64,000 nt of DNA, from positions 64,001 through 128,000 of the forward strand of contig CAWJTV010000001.1 of NCBI GenBank assembly GCA_963845755.1. Direction: 5' to 3'. Positions 32,303 through 44,266 of the stretch are shown piece after piece; position 1 is the first letter of the stretch; each line of letters starts with the position of its first letter. Position numbers and translations under genes: made by a program. This DNA is from an uncultured Planctomycetota bacterium (GTDB lineage Bacteria; Planctomycetota; Planctomycetia; Isosphaerales; Isosphaeraceae). The notes under the pieces were generated by a model, which searched no databases, was not told where the DNA came from, and saw only the letters and a program-made list of their open reading frames with translations.

Positions 32303-34774
32303 TCGACCCGGGATCTCGTCCGCCAGCCCGGTCCCCTTTCTTGTCCGATCGGGTACAGTAAAGAGGCATCGATCCCTCGACCCTGACAGGAGGCGCGGCG
32401 ATGAACGCCGACCCGTCCGGTCCCAGCCTCGAATCGATTTTCGCCCAGGCCCTGGAAACGACCGATCCGGCCGAACGCAGGGCCTACCTCGATCGCGCGT
32501 GCGGCACGGATGCTGATATCCGCCAGCGGGTCGAGCGGCTGCTTCAGGTCCACGACAAGGGCGGCCGCCTTCTCAAGTCGCCCGACGACATCGACCCCGA
32601 TGCCACCGCTGGCACACCGATCGAACCCTCCGGTCCCACGCCCAAGGCTCGGCCCTCGAGTGAAGGTCCCGGCACTCGTAATCGGGCCGTACAAACTGCT
32701 GCAGGAGATCGGCCAGGGGGGCATGGGTGTCGTCTACATGGCCGAGCAGGAGAAGCCGGTCCGGCGGCGGGTGGCGCTGAAGATCATCAAGCAGGGGATG
32801 GACACCCGCCAGGTCGTCGCGCGGTTCGAGGCAGAGCGCCAGGCCCTGGCGCCTGATGGACCACCCCAACATTGCCAAGGTGCTCGATGCCGGCACCACC
32901 GACTCGGGACGCCCCTACTTCGTCATGGACCTGGTCAAAGGCATCCCGATGACCCAGTATTGCGACGAGGCCAAGCTTAACACTCGCGAGCGCCTGGAGC
33001 TGTTCATCCCGGTCTGCCGGGCCATCCAGCATGCCCATCAAAAAGGGTATCATTCATCGTGACATCAAGCCGACGAACGTAATGGTCACGCTCCACGACG
33101 GCTACCCGTGCCCCGGGTGATCGACTTCGGCGTGGCCAAGGCGATCGACCAGCGGCTTCACGGAAAGGACGATGTTCACTCAGTACGGGGCCGATCGTCG
33201 GGACGCTCGAATACATGAGCCCCGAGCAGGCCGAGATGAGCGGCACTGGACGTCGACACCCGCAGCGACATCTACTCCCTCGGCGTGCTGCTCTACGAGC
33301 TCCTGACCGGCACGACGCCGCTGGAACGGGCCAAGGCTGCGCGAGGCCGGCTTATGCCGAGATCCTCCGTCGCATCAAGCGAGGAAGAGCCGCCCAGGCC
33401 CATCGACGCGGCTGAGCCACTCGGGCGACCGGCTGGCCTCGCTCTCGGCGCAACGGAGGACCGAGCCGGCCCGGCTGACGAAACTAATCCGCGGCGAGCT
33501 CGACTGGATCGTGATGAAGTCCCTGGAAAAAGACCGGACCCGCCGCTACGAGACCGCCAGCGGCCTCGCCCGCGACATCGAGCACTACCTGGCGGGCGAC
33601 CCGGTCGAGGCCGGCCCGCCGTCGGCGGCTTACCGGCTGCGGAAGCTGGCGCGAAAGTATCGGGGCGCCCTGACAACGGCGGCCGTGGTTGCCATCGTGC
33701 TGGCCTCGGCGATGGTCGTGAGCACCTGGCAGGCCATCCGCGCGACCCGGGCCGAGCGCCGCGCGGTGGACGAAGCCGGACGCGCCCTGGCGGCCGAAAC
33801 ACAGGCCCGCACCGAACGCGATCACGCCCTCAATGCCGAGGCCGAAGCCATTTCCCAGCGCAACGCGGCGGTCGAATCGAAGAAGGAAGCCGACAAGCAG
33901 GCCGCCATCGCCAGGACCGTCAACGACTTCCTCCAGAACGACCTTCTGGCCGAGGCATCTCCCGAGAAGAACGCCTGCGCCGAGAAAGTGACGGTCGAGG
34001 AGCTAGTCAAGCGAGCGGGGGCCAAGATCAGCGGGAAGTTCGAAAAGCAGCCGGAGATTGAGGCCGCGATCCGGCTGACGATTGGTGTCGCTTTGATTTC
34101 GTTGGGCCTCTATTCCGAGGCACAGCCACATCTGGAACGCGCGGTCGAGATCCGCCGCCGCGTGCTCGGATCCGAGTACCGCGACACGATCATCGCTCAG
34201 TATAGGCTGGCGGAGGCTCAGATCGAACAGAGGAAACTGGTTGAAGCCGAGAGAGTCCTCCGCCAAACTCTGGACGTCGCGCGTCGCGTGCTCGGGCGGG
34301 AGGATCGCGACACGCTTGAGGTGTGGTACCGCCTGAGCGAAGTGGCCTTCTACCAGGGCAAGTACGTCGAGTGCGAAAACCTGTCCCGGCAGTTGCTGGA
34401 TATCGCGCTTCGAGCCTATGGTCCCGATCACCCTCGGACGCTTGATTTCCAGGGGAGCCTGGCGGTCGCCATTAAAATGCAGGGGAAGTTCGCCGAAGCC
34501 GAAGCCCTCTACCACAAATCGCTGGAATCGCAACGGCGCGTTCTTGGTTCCGAGCACCCCATCACACTCACCACCCAATCCAATCTGGCCCAGTTGTGCA
34601 AGGACGAGGGGAAGCTCGCCGAGGCCGAGCTACTCCTGCCAGACGCTCGAAAGCAGAATGCGAGTGCTCGGTGCTGACCACCCGAACACCTTCGCCTCTC
34701 AGCAGAAAATGGCGTGGCTGTTCTTCCAACAGGGAAAACTAACCGAGGCCGAATCCCTCTTCCAAGAAAACCTA

Positions 34775-35685
34775 AGGCGCTCGGAAAAAATGAGTTCACT
34801 GGCCCAGGAGCCTCAAACAGATCAAGGAACATGCTAACTTGAGGAACGCGTCTTGAATCTCGGTGAGCCGATCCAAACGGCGGCGCAGCCGGCCGAAGGA
34901 GTGCAGCCACGCGATGGTCCGCTCTACGTACCAGCGGGACTTGCCCAAACCGCTGCCGTGCTCCGTATTGCGGGCCGCCAGCACCGGCGTGGTCCCCCGG
35001 CCGCGCAAACCCTGCCGCACCGGTTCCGAGTCGTAGCCCCGATCCCCCTGCAAGCGGTCGGGCTTCTGCCGCTTCGGCCCCGGCTTGCCGCCCACCGGCG
35101 GCATGTCGTCGAGCGTCGTGAAGACCTGGGTGATCTCGGGGACGTTGGCGGCGGTCACCGTCGCCGCCAGCGGCACGCCTTGGGCGTCGGTCATCACGTG
35201 GTGCTTGCTGCCGGATTTGCTCCGGTCCGTCGGATTCGGGCCGGTATCCTCGCCCCCTTCCGGGGCCTTGGCGAAGGAGGCGTCGATCAGCGCCCGCTCC
35301 CAGTCGATCGCGTCGGCGCCGTTGAGCTCGGCCAGCAAGACGGCGTGCAACTGGCGCCAGACACCGGCCTGCTGCCACGCCTGCAGGTAGGACCGGCAGG
35401 TCTTGCCGCAGCCGCAGCCGAGGTCGGCGGGCAAGTCGTCCCAGGCGATGCCGGTCTTGAGCACGAACAAGATGCCGGTGAGGATCTTGCGGTAGTCCAG
35501 GGGTTTGCGTCCCGGGAAGCGGAAGCGGCGCGGAGGCGGGGGTGGCAGCAAGGGCTCCAGGCAGCTTCCACAGCGCCATCGGAGACAAGGGGTTTCATGG
35601 TGGTCCTCCTTCGGTTCGGGAGATCACTCTCCGAAGGACTCAAGAGCAGACAGCGTGCCAGTGGATTCATTATTTCCGAGCACTT
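34775..35685 (-). mobile_element. IS5-family insertion sequence (911 bp, IS427-like)
   Basis: 29-bp imperfect terminal inverted repeats (24/29) and TA target duplication (34773-34774, 35686-35687); removal restores the kinase frame (ENLKAKRRALGSEHP). Confidence 0.92.
34796..35598 (-). CDS. IS5-family DDE transposase; frameshift near 35565
   Basis: GILFVLKTGIAWDDLP, IDAS, GDRGYD and RWYVERTIAWL motifs; AAGGAGG RBS before ATG at 35598. Confidence 0.93.
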
Positions 35686-36533
35686 TAAAGGCAAAGCGTC
35701 GTGCACTCGGTTCCGAACATCCCTTGACCTTCGGTACTCAGCATTATTTGGCCTTTGTGTACGTCACACAAGGAAGGCTGGCCGAGGCCGAATCGCTTTA
35801 CGAAAAAACCCTGGAGATGTCCCGACGCGTGCTAGGCGTGGAGCACCCCGACACTCTCGCTGCTCAGCACGAGTTGGCCCGGGTGTACTTCCTACAAGAA
35901 AGGTTGACCGAGGCTGAATCTCTCTTCCAATAAACCCTGGAGGCGAATCGACGGGTACACGGCCCTGAACACCTCGAATCCCTTGTGACCCAGCACATGC
36001 TGGCCACATTGTACCGTGAAGACGGCAAGCTCGCCGAGGCCGAGAAACTCTTCCGCTAGACGCTGGTCGCGCGACGCAAGGGCTTGCCAGCGGATGATAC
36101 GAATCTCGCGGCCACTCTCGCGGCTCTTGGCCTCACCTTGATCAAGCTCGACCGGCCAGCCGAGGCCGAGCCACTGGTGCGCGAAGCCTTGGAGATCGAG
36201 GGAAAGAAGGCTCCTGACAAGTGGGACACGTTCGAGACGCGCAACTGGCTCGGCGCCGCCTGCTCGGCCAGAAGAAATACGCCGAGGCCGAGCCGCTGCT
36301 CGTGCAAGGTTACGAGGGAATGAAGGCCCGCGAAGCCAAGATCCCACCGCAGTCCAAGAAACGCCTGACCGAGGCCGCCGAGCGGATCGTCCAGCTCTAC
36401 GACGCCTGGGGCAAGCCGGACCAGGCCGCCGAATGGCGGAAACGCCTCCCAGTGCATCAAACGGCCGTGCCCGCCGAGAAGCACTGACGGAGAATCCGCG
36501 AGATGATAGACTGAGCCAAGGGAGACGAATTCC

Positions 36534-36725
36534 GTGCCCTTGACGGTCCGCGAAGCGATTCGCTTCATCGAGAAAGACGGATGGGTCCTGGTCCGGCAGA
36601 GAGGAAGCCACCGCCAGTTCCACCATCCGACGAAGCCCGGGACCGTGACCATCGCGGGTAAGCCATCCCTCGAACTGGATACCAAGACCGAGAAGAGCAT
36701 CATGCGTCAAGCGGGCTTGCCCTGA
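36534..36725 (+). CDS. hicA: HicA family toxin
   Basis: 63 aa; DGWVLVRQRGSHRQFHHP...GTVTIAG...SIMRQAGL. Confidence 0.92.
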   Translation: MPLTVREAIRFIEKDGWVLVRQRGSHRQFHHPTKPGTVTIAGKPSLELDTKTEKSIMRQAGLP

Positions 36726-36735
36726 AGGACGTCCC

Positions 36736-36970
36736 ATGCGATACGCCATTCTCCTGGAACCGACCAAGACCGGATTCAGTGCCCACGTCCCCGACCTGCC
36801 GGGTTGTGTCGCGGCCGGTGAAACCCGGGAAGAGACCGTGGAACCTCATGCGCGAGGCCATCGAGTTTCATCTCGAAGGCATGCAGCTTCACGGCGAGCC
36901 GATCCCCGAGCCAACCTCGGCTTGCGAGTACGTTGAAGTCATTCCACCTCAAGAGGTCTCGTCGAGCTGA
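36736..36970 (+). CDS. hicB: HicB family antitoxin; frameshift near 36840
   Basis: FSAHVPDLPGCVAAGETREE then MREAIEFHLEGM...GEPIPEP. Confidence 0.9.
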
Positions 36971-36974
36971 TCTG

Positions 36975-37184
36975 CTGAACATTCGAAGCTTTCGGGAACT
37001 CGAGAACACGCGAAAGAAGCTCCAGTTTCTGGAAGATCGGCTTGCCGAGCTGAACACCGAGCCGGTCGCGAATCCGCAAACGCGGGAATTGACCCGGGGA
37101 TCGCTTAAGAAGCTCGCCAATCAGCTCAAGGAAGAGATCGCGCGGTTCGAATACTGCGCCGCGACACGCTCAGAGGGGACCTGA
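36975..37184 (+). CDS. small coiled-coil hypothetical protein
   Basis: RELENTRKKLQFLEDRL...RELTRGSLKKLANQLKEEIARFE; start codon uncertain. Confidence 0.6.
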   Translation: MNIRSFRELENTRKKLQFLEDRLAELNTEPVANPQTRELTRGSLKKLANQLKEEIARFEYCAATRSEGT

Positions 37185-37309
37185 GACCATTGCCTCGCCT
37201 GGATTGTCGTGCCTCATGGAGATGGGATCTGAGGATAAAGGCAGAGTTGTCACTCTGGCGTACATTGTCACTCTTGGCGGAAACGCGTGATCGAGAGGGA
37301 GATCAGGCC

Positions 37310-37616
37310 GTGACCGAAGATCAGGCGAAGCGGATCGCCTTCGATTTTGTGGCGAGGTCGAAACTCGATCCCTGTGAATTCAACTCGATCCAGCGGTTTT
37401 CCAAGTCATCTCTGGGCGTTCCGAATTCGACAGGCGTTGAGTGGGTTGTCCGGTTTCACTTTTGGATTGCCGGAGGATGTGACCCGCTCGTCGGAGATGG
37501 CGATCGTCCTGGTCGATGACACAACCGGTGAGCCGCGGCTGCTGCGAGAACCTCTGAAACCCATCGAGCGCCGTAGCCCTGAGTTAGCCTTGTCTTTTTC
37601 CGATCGCCGGGTATAG
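37310..37616 (+). CDS. small hypothetical protein; frameshift near 37460
   Basis: GGAG RBS and GTG start; MTEDQAKRIAFDFV...EWVVRF...AIVLVDDTTGE; the true end may be near 37557. Confidence 0.55.
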
Positions 37617-37700
37617 TGCTCGCTCGACCGGGTTGGATCCCACGCTCCCGGTGCGCATATCTTCGGTCCATTCGACCTCGATGCCGACGGAGTCCCGACA

Positions 37701-39327
37701 ATGAAGTCGTTCTCGGTTGCGCACGCCATGAAGGCCCAACGCCGCAGCCGTCGCGCCGGCTCGATCGCCCCGAAACGGGCGTTCTCGCCCGCGACGCGGC
37801 CGGTCGAGGACCTGGAGGCGCGTTGGGTACTCAGCGCGACCGCAACCGCGGCGCCGGCCATCCAGATGATCTCGGCGACGACCGTAGACTCCAAGAGCGT
37901 GACGATCACGTATCAGGTTAACCAGCCCATCGATGCCGCGACGCCTCTCCAGTTCGGCGTGTATCGTTCGAGCGACAATCAATTCGACTCCAGCGACGCC
38001 CTGGTCTTCACGGATAACATCATTCCGCCCGGCGCATCCTCGGGCCAGGCCGCAACGCTCGACCAGGCCGGCCAGCCAGCCACTGGCATCGGCACTCACA
38101 CGCTCACCATCCCTCTAGCCCAGGGCCTGCCACCCGATCCGTCGAAGCCCTATGTCCTGATCGTCGCCAACCCTGGCTCGGCTTCCGCGACGACTGCAAC
38201 TCAGCAGACCGCGTCGTTCCGGGTTTACACCATCGGGATCGTGACCCACGGCGGCATCCAGAACACGAGCTGGACGCACGGACCGATGTGGCAGCTTCAG
38301 ATTGCCTACATGATGAAGCAAGAGGGCTTCGACTCCGTCATTCACTATAACTGGGTGAATCAGAGCGGGACGCCTGGCGCGGCGATTCAGCAATCGCCGA
38401 GGCTGGCGCGGATGATCCTCGGCACGGCCAGCCGGTTCCCGGCGAATGCACCGGTTGACCTCGAATTCATCGGCCACAGCGAGGGGACGGTGGTCAACAC
38501 CTATGCCATCGTCAAGCTTCAGGGCGAGATGACCCCGCAGCTCACGTCCGGCTTCATCGAGGACACCCTGCTCGATCCCCACGCGGCGAACAACGGCCTC
38601 GCCACTGGGCAGCAGGTCAGCTATGCCGGCGCGCTCGCCGGGCTGGCCGAGATGATCGTCCCGCATTACCAGGCCGAGGCCAAGGACCCTCCCGCTTATT
38701 TCCCCTCGATCGTCGACGAGGCCCAGGTGTTCTTCCAGCACACCACGGCCACGGCTGGCGGGATCTATAACCTCTGGGGCCAGGTCCCCGTCCAGAGCGA
38801 CGGGCCGCTGGTCCATTACTACAACTTGACCAATATGGGCGTGACCCATTCGGGGAACACGGGCGTGCCCGAGTGGTACCGGAACTTCATCGTCCCCACC
38901 TTGGGCAACCAGGCGCCCCTAGTCCAGCAACTCCAGCTCAACGGCCAGATCGATGCCGCTCAATCACCAGCGACGCCATCGAGTGGACGGGACAGTGTGC
39001 GCCAGGCGCGCGTGGACCACGCTTACGGGCCGGAGCAGGTCGTCTCGACCAACCAGCCCGAGTTCTCCGGCACGGCCACGCCCGGTTCGGTCGTGCGGCT
39101 CTACGTCGGACCCGCGGCGAAGCCCTCCGAGATCCCGCTGGCCGGCTGGACCAAGGCTGACAGTAGCGGGAACTGGTCGCTGACCACCCGGCACGCCGCT
39201 CCACGATGGACAATACCGCACAGTCGTCACATCGTTCTCCCGCGCCCTGGCCACCCGGCCGGGATTGCGAATCGTTCCCACCCAGCCGCTGGGACGTCTC
39301 GTCGTGGAGGCACAACCGGGCTCGTGA
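37701..39327 (+). CDS. secreted protein with alpha/beta-hydrolase-like and Ig-like domains; frameshift near 39195
   Basis: EDLEARWVLS N-terminal motif; THGG, GHSEG and LLDPH motifs; C-terminal PEFSGTATPGSVVRLY...ADSSGNWSLT. Confidence 0.75.
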
Positions 39328-39416
39328 GTAGGAATACACATCGAGCGAGATCGATTAAAGGCATGTCAATCCGAAGAGAAACCGGGACCCGGGAGAAACG
39401 GATCGGGGCCGGGCCA

Positions 39417-42203
39417 CTACTCCGGCTCGGCCGCCGATTCCTTTTCGAGCGTCTTGATGAGTTCTCGAAAATCGGCTCGCTCGCGGAGCGGGTCGAGGTC
39501 GGCATCGGACTGGAGGATCTCCAGGTCGACGAATCCGCCCTTGACAGCGCGGCGCAAGAGGTCCACGGCGCGGTCGCCGTACAACTTGCGACGGAACCGG
39601 TCGGCCTTGGTCAAGGCCGCGAGATCGTTGACGCCCTTCGATCCCGGCTTGGCGCCGATCAGGGGAATGCACAGCGCGACGTGGCAAGCCAGGCTGTAGC
39701 TGTTGCGCGGATCTAATTGGGGCAGGCTCTCATACGAGTCGACGGTGCGCTGGAAAGATCGCAGGGCCTCGACCGGATCGCCCGTCTGCTGGAGACTCCG
39801 GCCGATGTTGGTTTGGGCCTTGGCAAGGTCAATGCGGGAGTCGATGTCCTCGGGGTGCTCGGCGACCACACGCTCGAGCAAAGTCCGAGCCTTCTGGGCG
39901 ATTGCCAGCGACTCCACCGGTTCGCGGCGGCGTTGGTGCAGCTCGCTCTGCATGTTATAAGTGCTGGCCAGCCCGCCCTGGTATTCGAGGACGCCGGGAT
40001 GTTGCCGATCCAGGCGCTCGAGAATCTCCACCGCCCTGTGGACGCTCTTCAGCGCGGAGTCCAGCTTGCCGGCCACCTGCTGGACGACGTTCAAATCGCC
40101 CAGGTCCATCGCCAGCCGATAGGATGGTTCGGCCAGATCGGGACGGTCGCGCACGACCGCCTCTAGGACCTCGACGGCCTTCTGACACGACTCAATCGCT
40201 GGCTGCGATCCGTCGGGCTGGTCCAACAGAACCTGACCCAGAAGGCTATGAGCCTTGGCCATGGAGATCCGCGTGTCGACCGACTCCGGGTCGTCGTCTG
40301 CCAGTTGCGACTCGATCGCCAGCGAGCGTTCGAGACTCTGGATCGCCTCCTCGGGTTCACCTTCGGTGGCTTGGATCGGGGCGATGTTCTGGAGGATCCG
40401 ACTCAGCTCGCGGCGTCGCCGGACCGACCGCGGCTCGGCAGCGATCATGGGCTCGAGCAGGTCCTTGGCACGTCGAAAGGCGGCGGAGGGCCTCGTCGCG
40501 CCGGCCTTCCTGGCGCACGAGCATCGCACCCAGACCGCTGAGGGTGCCGGCCAGTTCCTCCCGGTAGGCCAGATCGCCGGGCCGGGCCGCAACCAGGCTT
40601 TCCCAGAGCGCAGCGGCCTGCTCGAACCGGGGAATGGCCTGGACCGGCGAGCTGACCGCTCCGGTGATCCTGGCGATGCGGGAACTGCGCCGCGGCCAGC
40701 TCGGCGCGGAGCGCGGGCTCGCTGTTGTGCTCCTCGAGAAACTCCTCGTAGAACCGCTGCGCGTCCTCGAGCAGCGTCTTGCGGAGCGGATGGAACCGCG
40801 GCTCGTTCAGCACCTGGTCTTCGCTGAACCGGGTGAAGAATTGATCGACCGCCTCGCGGGCCTGTCGCGAGGACTCCGCGGCGCGATCGCGCTCGCGGCG
40901 AGCCAGGACCAGCTTCCAGGTCGTGCCGGCGATGCCCGCTGCCAGCGCGAGGATCAGGGCCAGTCCGGCGGCCACGACCGCCGCGTTCCGCCGCACGAAC
41001 CTGGCCGCGCAATAACCCAGGGAGTCGCGTCGCGCCCGCACCGTCTGGCTCCGAAGGTAGCGACTCACGTCGTCGGCAAGCTGTTCGGCCGAAGCGTATC
41101 TCGCCTCCGGCTCCTTGCGCAACGCCATCATCGCGATCGCATCGAGATCGCCTCGGAGAATCCCCCGGAGCCGGGAGGGTGTCGTGCGGCGAGCCGCGGC
41201 GATCTCCTCGGGGGTGGGAGCCGTCAAGGATGGGGGCGATGGGGCCGGCACCGGCTCAGTTGGCGTCCCGGATGTCGGCGACGCGGCAGCCGGCGGGACC
41301 GGCCGGCGGACGACCGCCGCGCCGGGCCGCTCCGGCAACTGCTCGCAGATGGCCTGCAAGACTTCCGACGTCGAGTGGTCCTCGAGTCGGTAGGGCGAAC
41401 GGCCCGACAGGAGCCGATAGAGCACCACTCCCAGCGAATAAACGTCGCTGCCCGTCGTGATCGGCTCTCCCTTTACCTGCTCAGGGCTGGCGTACTCCGG
41501 CGTCAGGACCGGCTCGGGATGGATCAGCCCGGCGATCCCGAAACCGATGAGCTTCGGCACTCCGTCGGCCGTCGATCAGGATGTGCCCCGGCTTCAGGTC
41601 GCGATGGATCATCATGTGCCGGTGAGCGAAATGGACCGCATCGCAGACCTTGCGGAAGACCCTCAACCGGCCGGGGATATCCAGTCGGCGGTCGTCGCAG
41701 AATTCATCGATCCGACGGCCGTCGACGTACTCCGTCACGACGTACGGCCGGCCGTCTTCGGTCGTACCTGCGTCGAGGAGTCCCGCGATGTGGGGATGCT
41801 TGCCGAGTGCGGCCTGGGCGCGGCCCTCGGCCTGGAACCGCCGCACGATCGTGTCGCTGTCCCTTCCGCGCCGGATCAGCGTGACGGCGACCTCCTGCCG
41901 GAAGTCCTCGACCCGGGTGGCGCGGTAGACGGTCCCCATGCTCCCGCCGCCGATCCGCGCCGTGAGTTCGTAAGGTCCGACCCGCTGCCCGATCATCGGG
42001 TCGTCCCCATCCGCTTCGGTCGGCTCGGGGTCCGAAGGGGATTGTTCCACACATCCGGCGGTCGCGGTCCGGACGTCAGCCGGGATCGGGATCGACGACG
42101 CGAGGGCTTCCATCGCCATCGACTCGACCACATCCAAGCCCGGCGCTGAGCCGGCCACCGTCGGGTCGTCGTCCAGATTGCTCCGGATCGGATCGAGATT
42201 CAT
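39417..42203 (-). CDS. kinase-fold (probable pseudokinase) protein with a TM segment and TPR repeats; frameshifts near 41570, 40680 and 40485
   Basis: VGPYEL...HPHIAGLLDAG, HRDLKP, TPEYASPEQ, SDVYSLGVVLY; hydrophobic helix; helical repeats. Confidence 0.85.
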
Positions 42204-42427
42204 GGTTGACTCGGGCCCCCTCCGCACCGCGCCGAGATCCCGAGGAGGCGGGCCTCGATCGACCGACGGCGCCCCGCGCCTTCCCGCGTCGCGAACTCAC
42301 TGCGCGATTCCGCATTATACGGGCATCGGTCGCCAGTTACCCAGAGACCTGAGCCACGAAAGGACCGAAGTCGAGACGTGTACCCGAGGATCACATCAAT
42401 CGACGGATTCTCTTGCGGGCCTCAGCC

Positions 42428-43423
42428 TCAACTTGCGGGCGGTTTCGGCCCGCCCGCGAATTTCTCCTGAAGCTTCTTGAGGGTATAGGCGTTGCCCTTG
42501 TCGAAGAAGTTCCGGAGCTTCCGCGAGTCTTCATCGTCTCCATAGCCGACTCCCACGATGCTCACCCGGCTACGGGACGGTCCCGCGTCCTCGAAGCGGA
42601 TGACGGTCCACATCTTCTGGATCGCGTCTTTGAAGGGAAAGTTCGCCGGTGGGTTCTTCACCTGGATCGCGAGCAGCCGATTCGGCTCGAAGCAGAGGAT
42701 GGTGTTCTCGATGGTGTGGGGATCGCCGATCTTCCCCTTGGGATCATAGTGGGTTCGCATCAAGCCGCCGACCTTCAAGTCGATCTCGGCCTGGGCAACG
42801 TTCCACGACTCCTGTCCCTCGTTGGTGGTGAAGGCCGCCCATACGGCCCCGACGGGGGCCTCGATGACCCCCTCGGTGACGACCTGATCGGGCCGGACTT
42901 CCGCGTGCTTACGCTTCGACGTCTGCTTGACGATGGGGACCCACTTCGATTCTCTCTCGCCGAAGATGGTGAATTGCATCGTGTCCTTGTCGGTAAAGCT
43001 CAAGACCTCGCGCCATTTGGCCGGCGAGCCGATGATCGTCGCGAACTCGAACACGAGGTCGTCGCCATCCTGCTTGACGGTCCCCTTGAAGACCTGGTTC
43101 CCTCCATGGCAGTCCAGGTAGTACACGGTCTTGTTGACCGGATCCGAACCGATGATCGCTTCACCCTGCTGCTCGTGCGGACCGCCCTTGCCGATGACGC
43201 CGATCCCTCGGATGGCCGTCTTGCCGAAAGCCCATTCGTAGCGGAATTCGACCACGAACTTGGGGTCCACGCTTACCCAGGTGCCGCCGACCAGTTGCGA
43301 CAGCTTGGCCAGCGTCTTGTCGGCGTCGGCCTTAACGCCCGGATCCTCTTCCGCGGTCGCCGGCAATCCGACGCCGCAAGTGACCACGAACACGGCCAGA
43401 ACCATTCTTTTGAGAATTCTCAT
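42428..43423 (-). CDS. secreted two-domain protein with C-terminal SRPBCC/AHSA1 domain
   Basis: Signal peptide; IEAPVGAVWAAFTT...IDLKVGG...FEPNRLL. Confidence 0.85.
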   Translation of the reverse strand: MRILKRMVLAVFVVTCGVGLPATAEEDPGVKADADKTLAKLSQLVGGTWVSVDPKFVVEFRYEWAFGKTAIRGIGVIGKGGPHEQQGEAIIGSDPVNKTVYYLDCHGGNQVFKGTVKQDGDDLVFEFATIIGSPAKWREVLSFTDKDTMQFTIFGERESKWVPIVKQTSKRKHAEVRPDQVVTEGVIEAPVGAVWAAFTTNEGQESWNVAQAEIDLKVGGLMRTHYDPKGKIGDPHTIENTILCFEPNRLLAIQVKNPPANFPFKDAIQKMWTVIRFEDAGPSRSRVSIVGVGYGDDEDSRKLRNFFDKGNAYTLKKLQEKFAGGPKPPAS

Positions 43424-44115
43424 GAGGACCTCTCTTCTAGCTCGATGAGCCGGGTTTGGATCGGGATCGAGATCGGGACTTGGGCTTGGGTCGGGCCTGC
43501 GCCTGGGGACCGGGGTTTGGACCAGTCGGTCCCGTCGCGGAGCAAGCGGTCGAAGTAGTCGCGAAGCTGGGTGACGGCCGCGTCGTAGGGATCGATGCTC
43601 TGATAGGAGCGGACCAGCATCACCGCGCCTTCCATCGTGGTGAGCACGAACAGCGCGAGCTGCGAGCGGTCGAGCGATTCGGGCAGTCGCCCGGCGGCCT
43701 CGGCGAGACACTGTTCCATGACTTTTCGCCAGCCGGTGAAGTTGACCGCCAGGAGCTGACGCGCCGACGGGTGGCTGTCGGCGAGCTCCAGCGCGAGATT
43801 GCCGATGGGACAGCCGTGCTGGAAGTTCGTCGCCAGGAGCCCCTGCCGATAGCCGTCGAGGACGCCGAAGATCCGCTCGATCGGATCGCTCACCCGGTCG
43901 AAGACCGGCTGGACCACCGCAGGCCAGAGATTCTCCCGGTACCATTCCAGCACGGCCAGGAGCAGGTCCTCCTTGGTCGGGAAGAAATAGTAGAGGCTGC
44001 CGCTGTTGGCGCCGGCCGCCTTGAGGATCTGGGCGATGCCCGTGCTGGCATAACCGTGCTGCCAGAAGAGCGTCCGCGCGGCTTCCACCAGCCGGTCACG
44101 AGTCGGATTCTTCAT
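43420..44115 (-). CDS. TetR/AcrR family transcriptional regulator
   Basis: LFWQHGYASTGIAQI...GSLYYFFPTKEDL and GCPIGNLALE motifs. Confidence 0.93.
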   Translation of the reverse strand: MKNPTRDRLVEAARTLFWQHGYASTGIAQILKAAGANSGSLYYFFPTKEDLLLAVLEWYRENLWPAVVQPVFDRVSDPIERIFGVLDGYRQGLLATNFQHGCPIGNLALELADSHPSARQLLAVNFTGWRKVMEQCLAEAAGRLPESLDRSQLALFVLTTMEGAVMLVRSYQSIDPYDAAVTQLRDYFDRLLRDGTDWSKPRSPGAGPTQAQVPISIPIQTRLIELEERSS

Positions 44116-44266
44116 GACGGCCTCGTCTTGATTGATCGTTCAACTAAGATGACACACTGGGTGTCCCCCGTCAAGTGGATTCCAGATGCATTGTCCCGTC
44201 GGCCGCGTGGGCGCCATTGGCAAACCCGGCAGGAGCTTGTACGCTCGTCGTGACAAGGAGACTCCG

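Larger units (their letters stand above)
32401..36487 (+). pseudogene. Ser/Thr protein kinase with TPR repeats, disrupted by an IS
   Basis: [26 protein letters not shown] and MSPEQ motifs plus LGxEHPxT repeats; IS at 34775-35685; in-frame stops at 35931 and 36057; many frameshifts. Confidence 0.88.
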
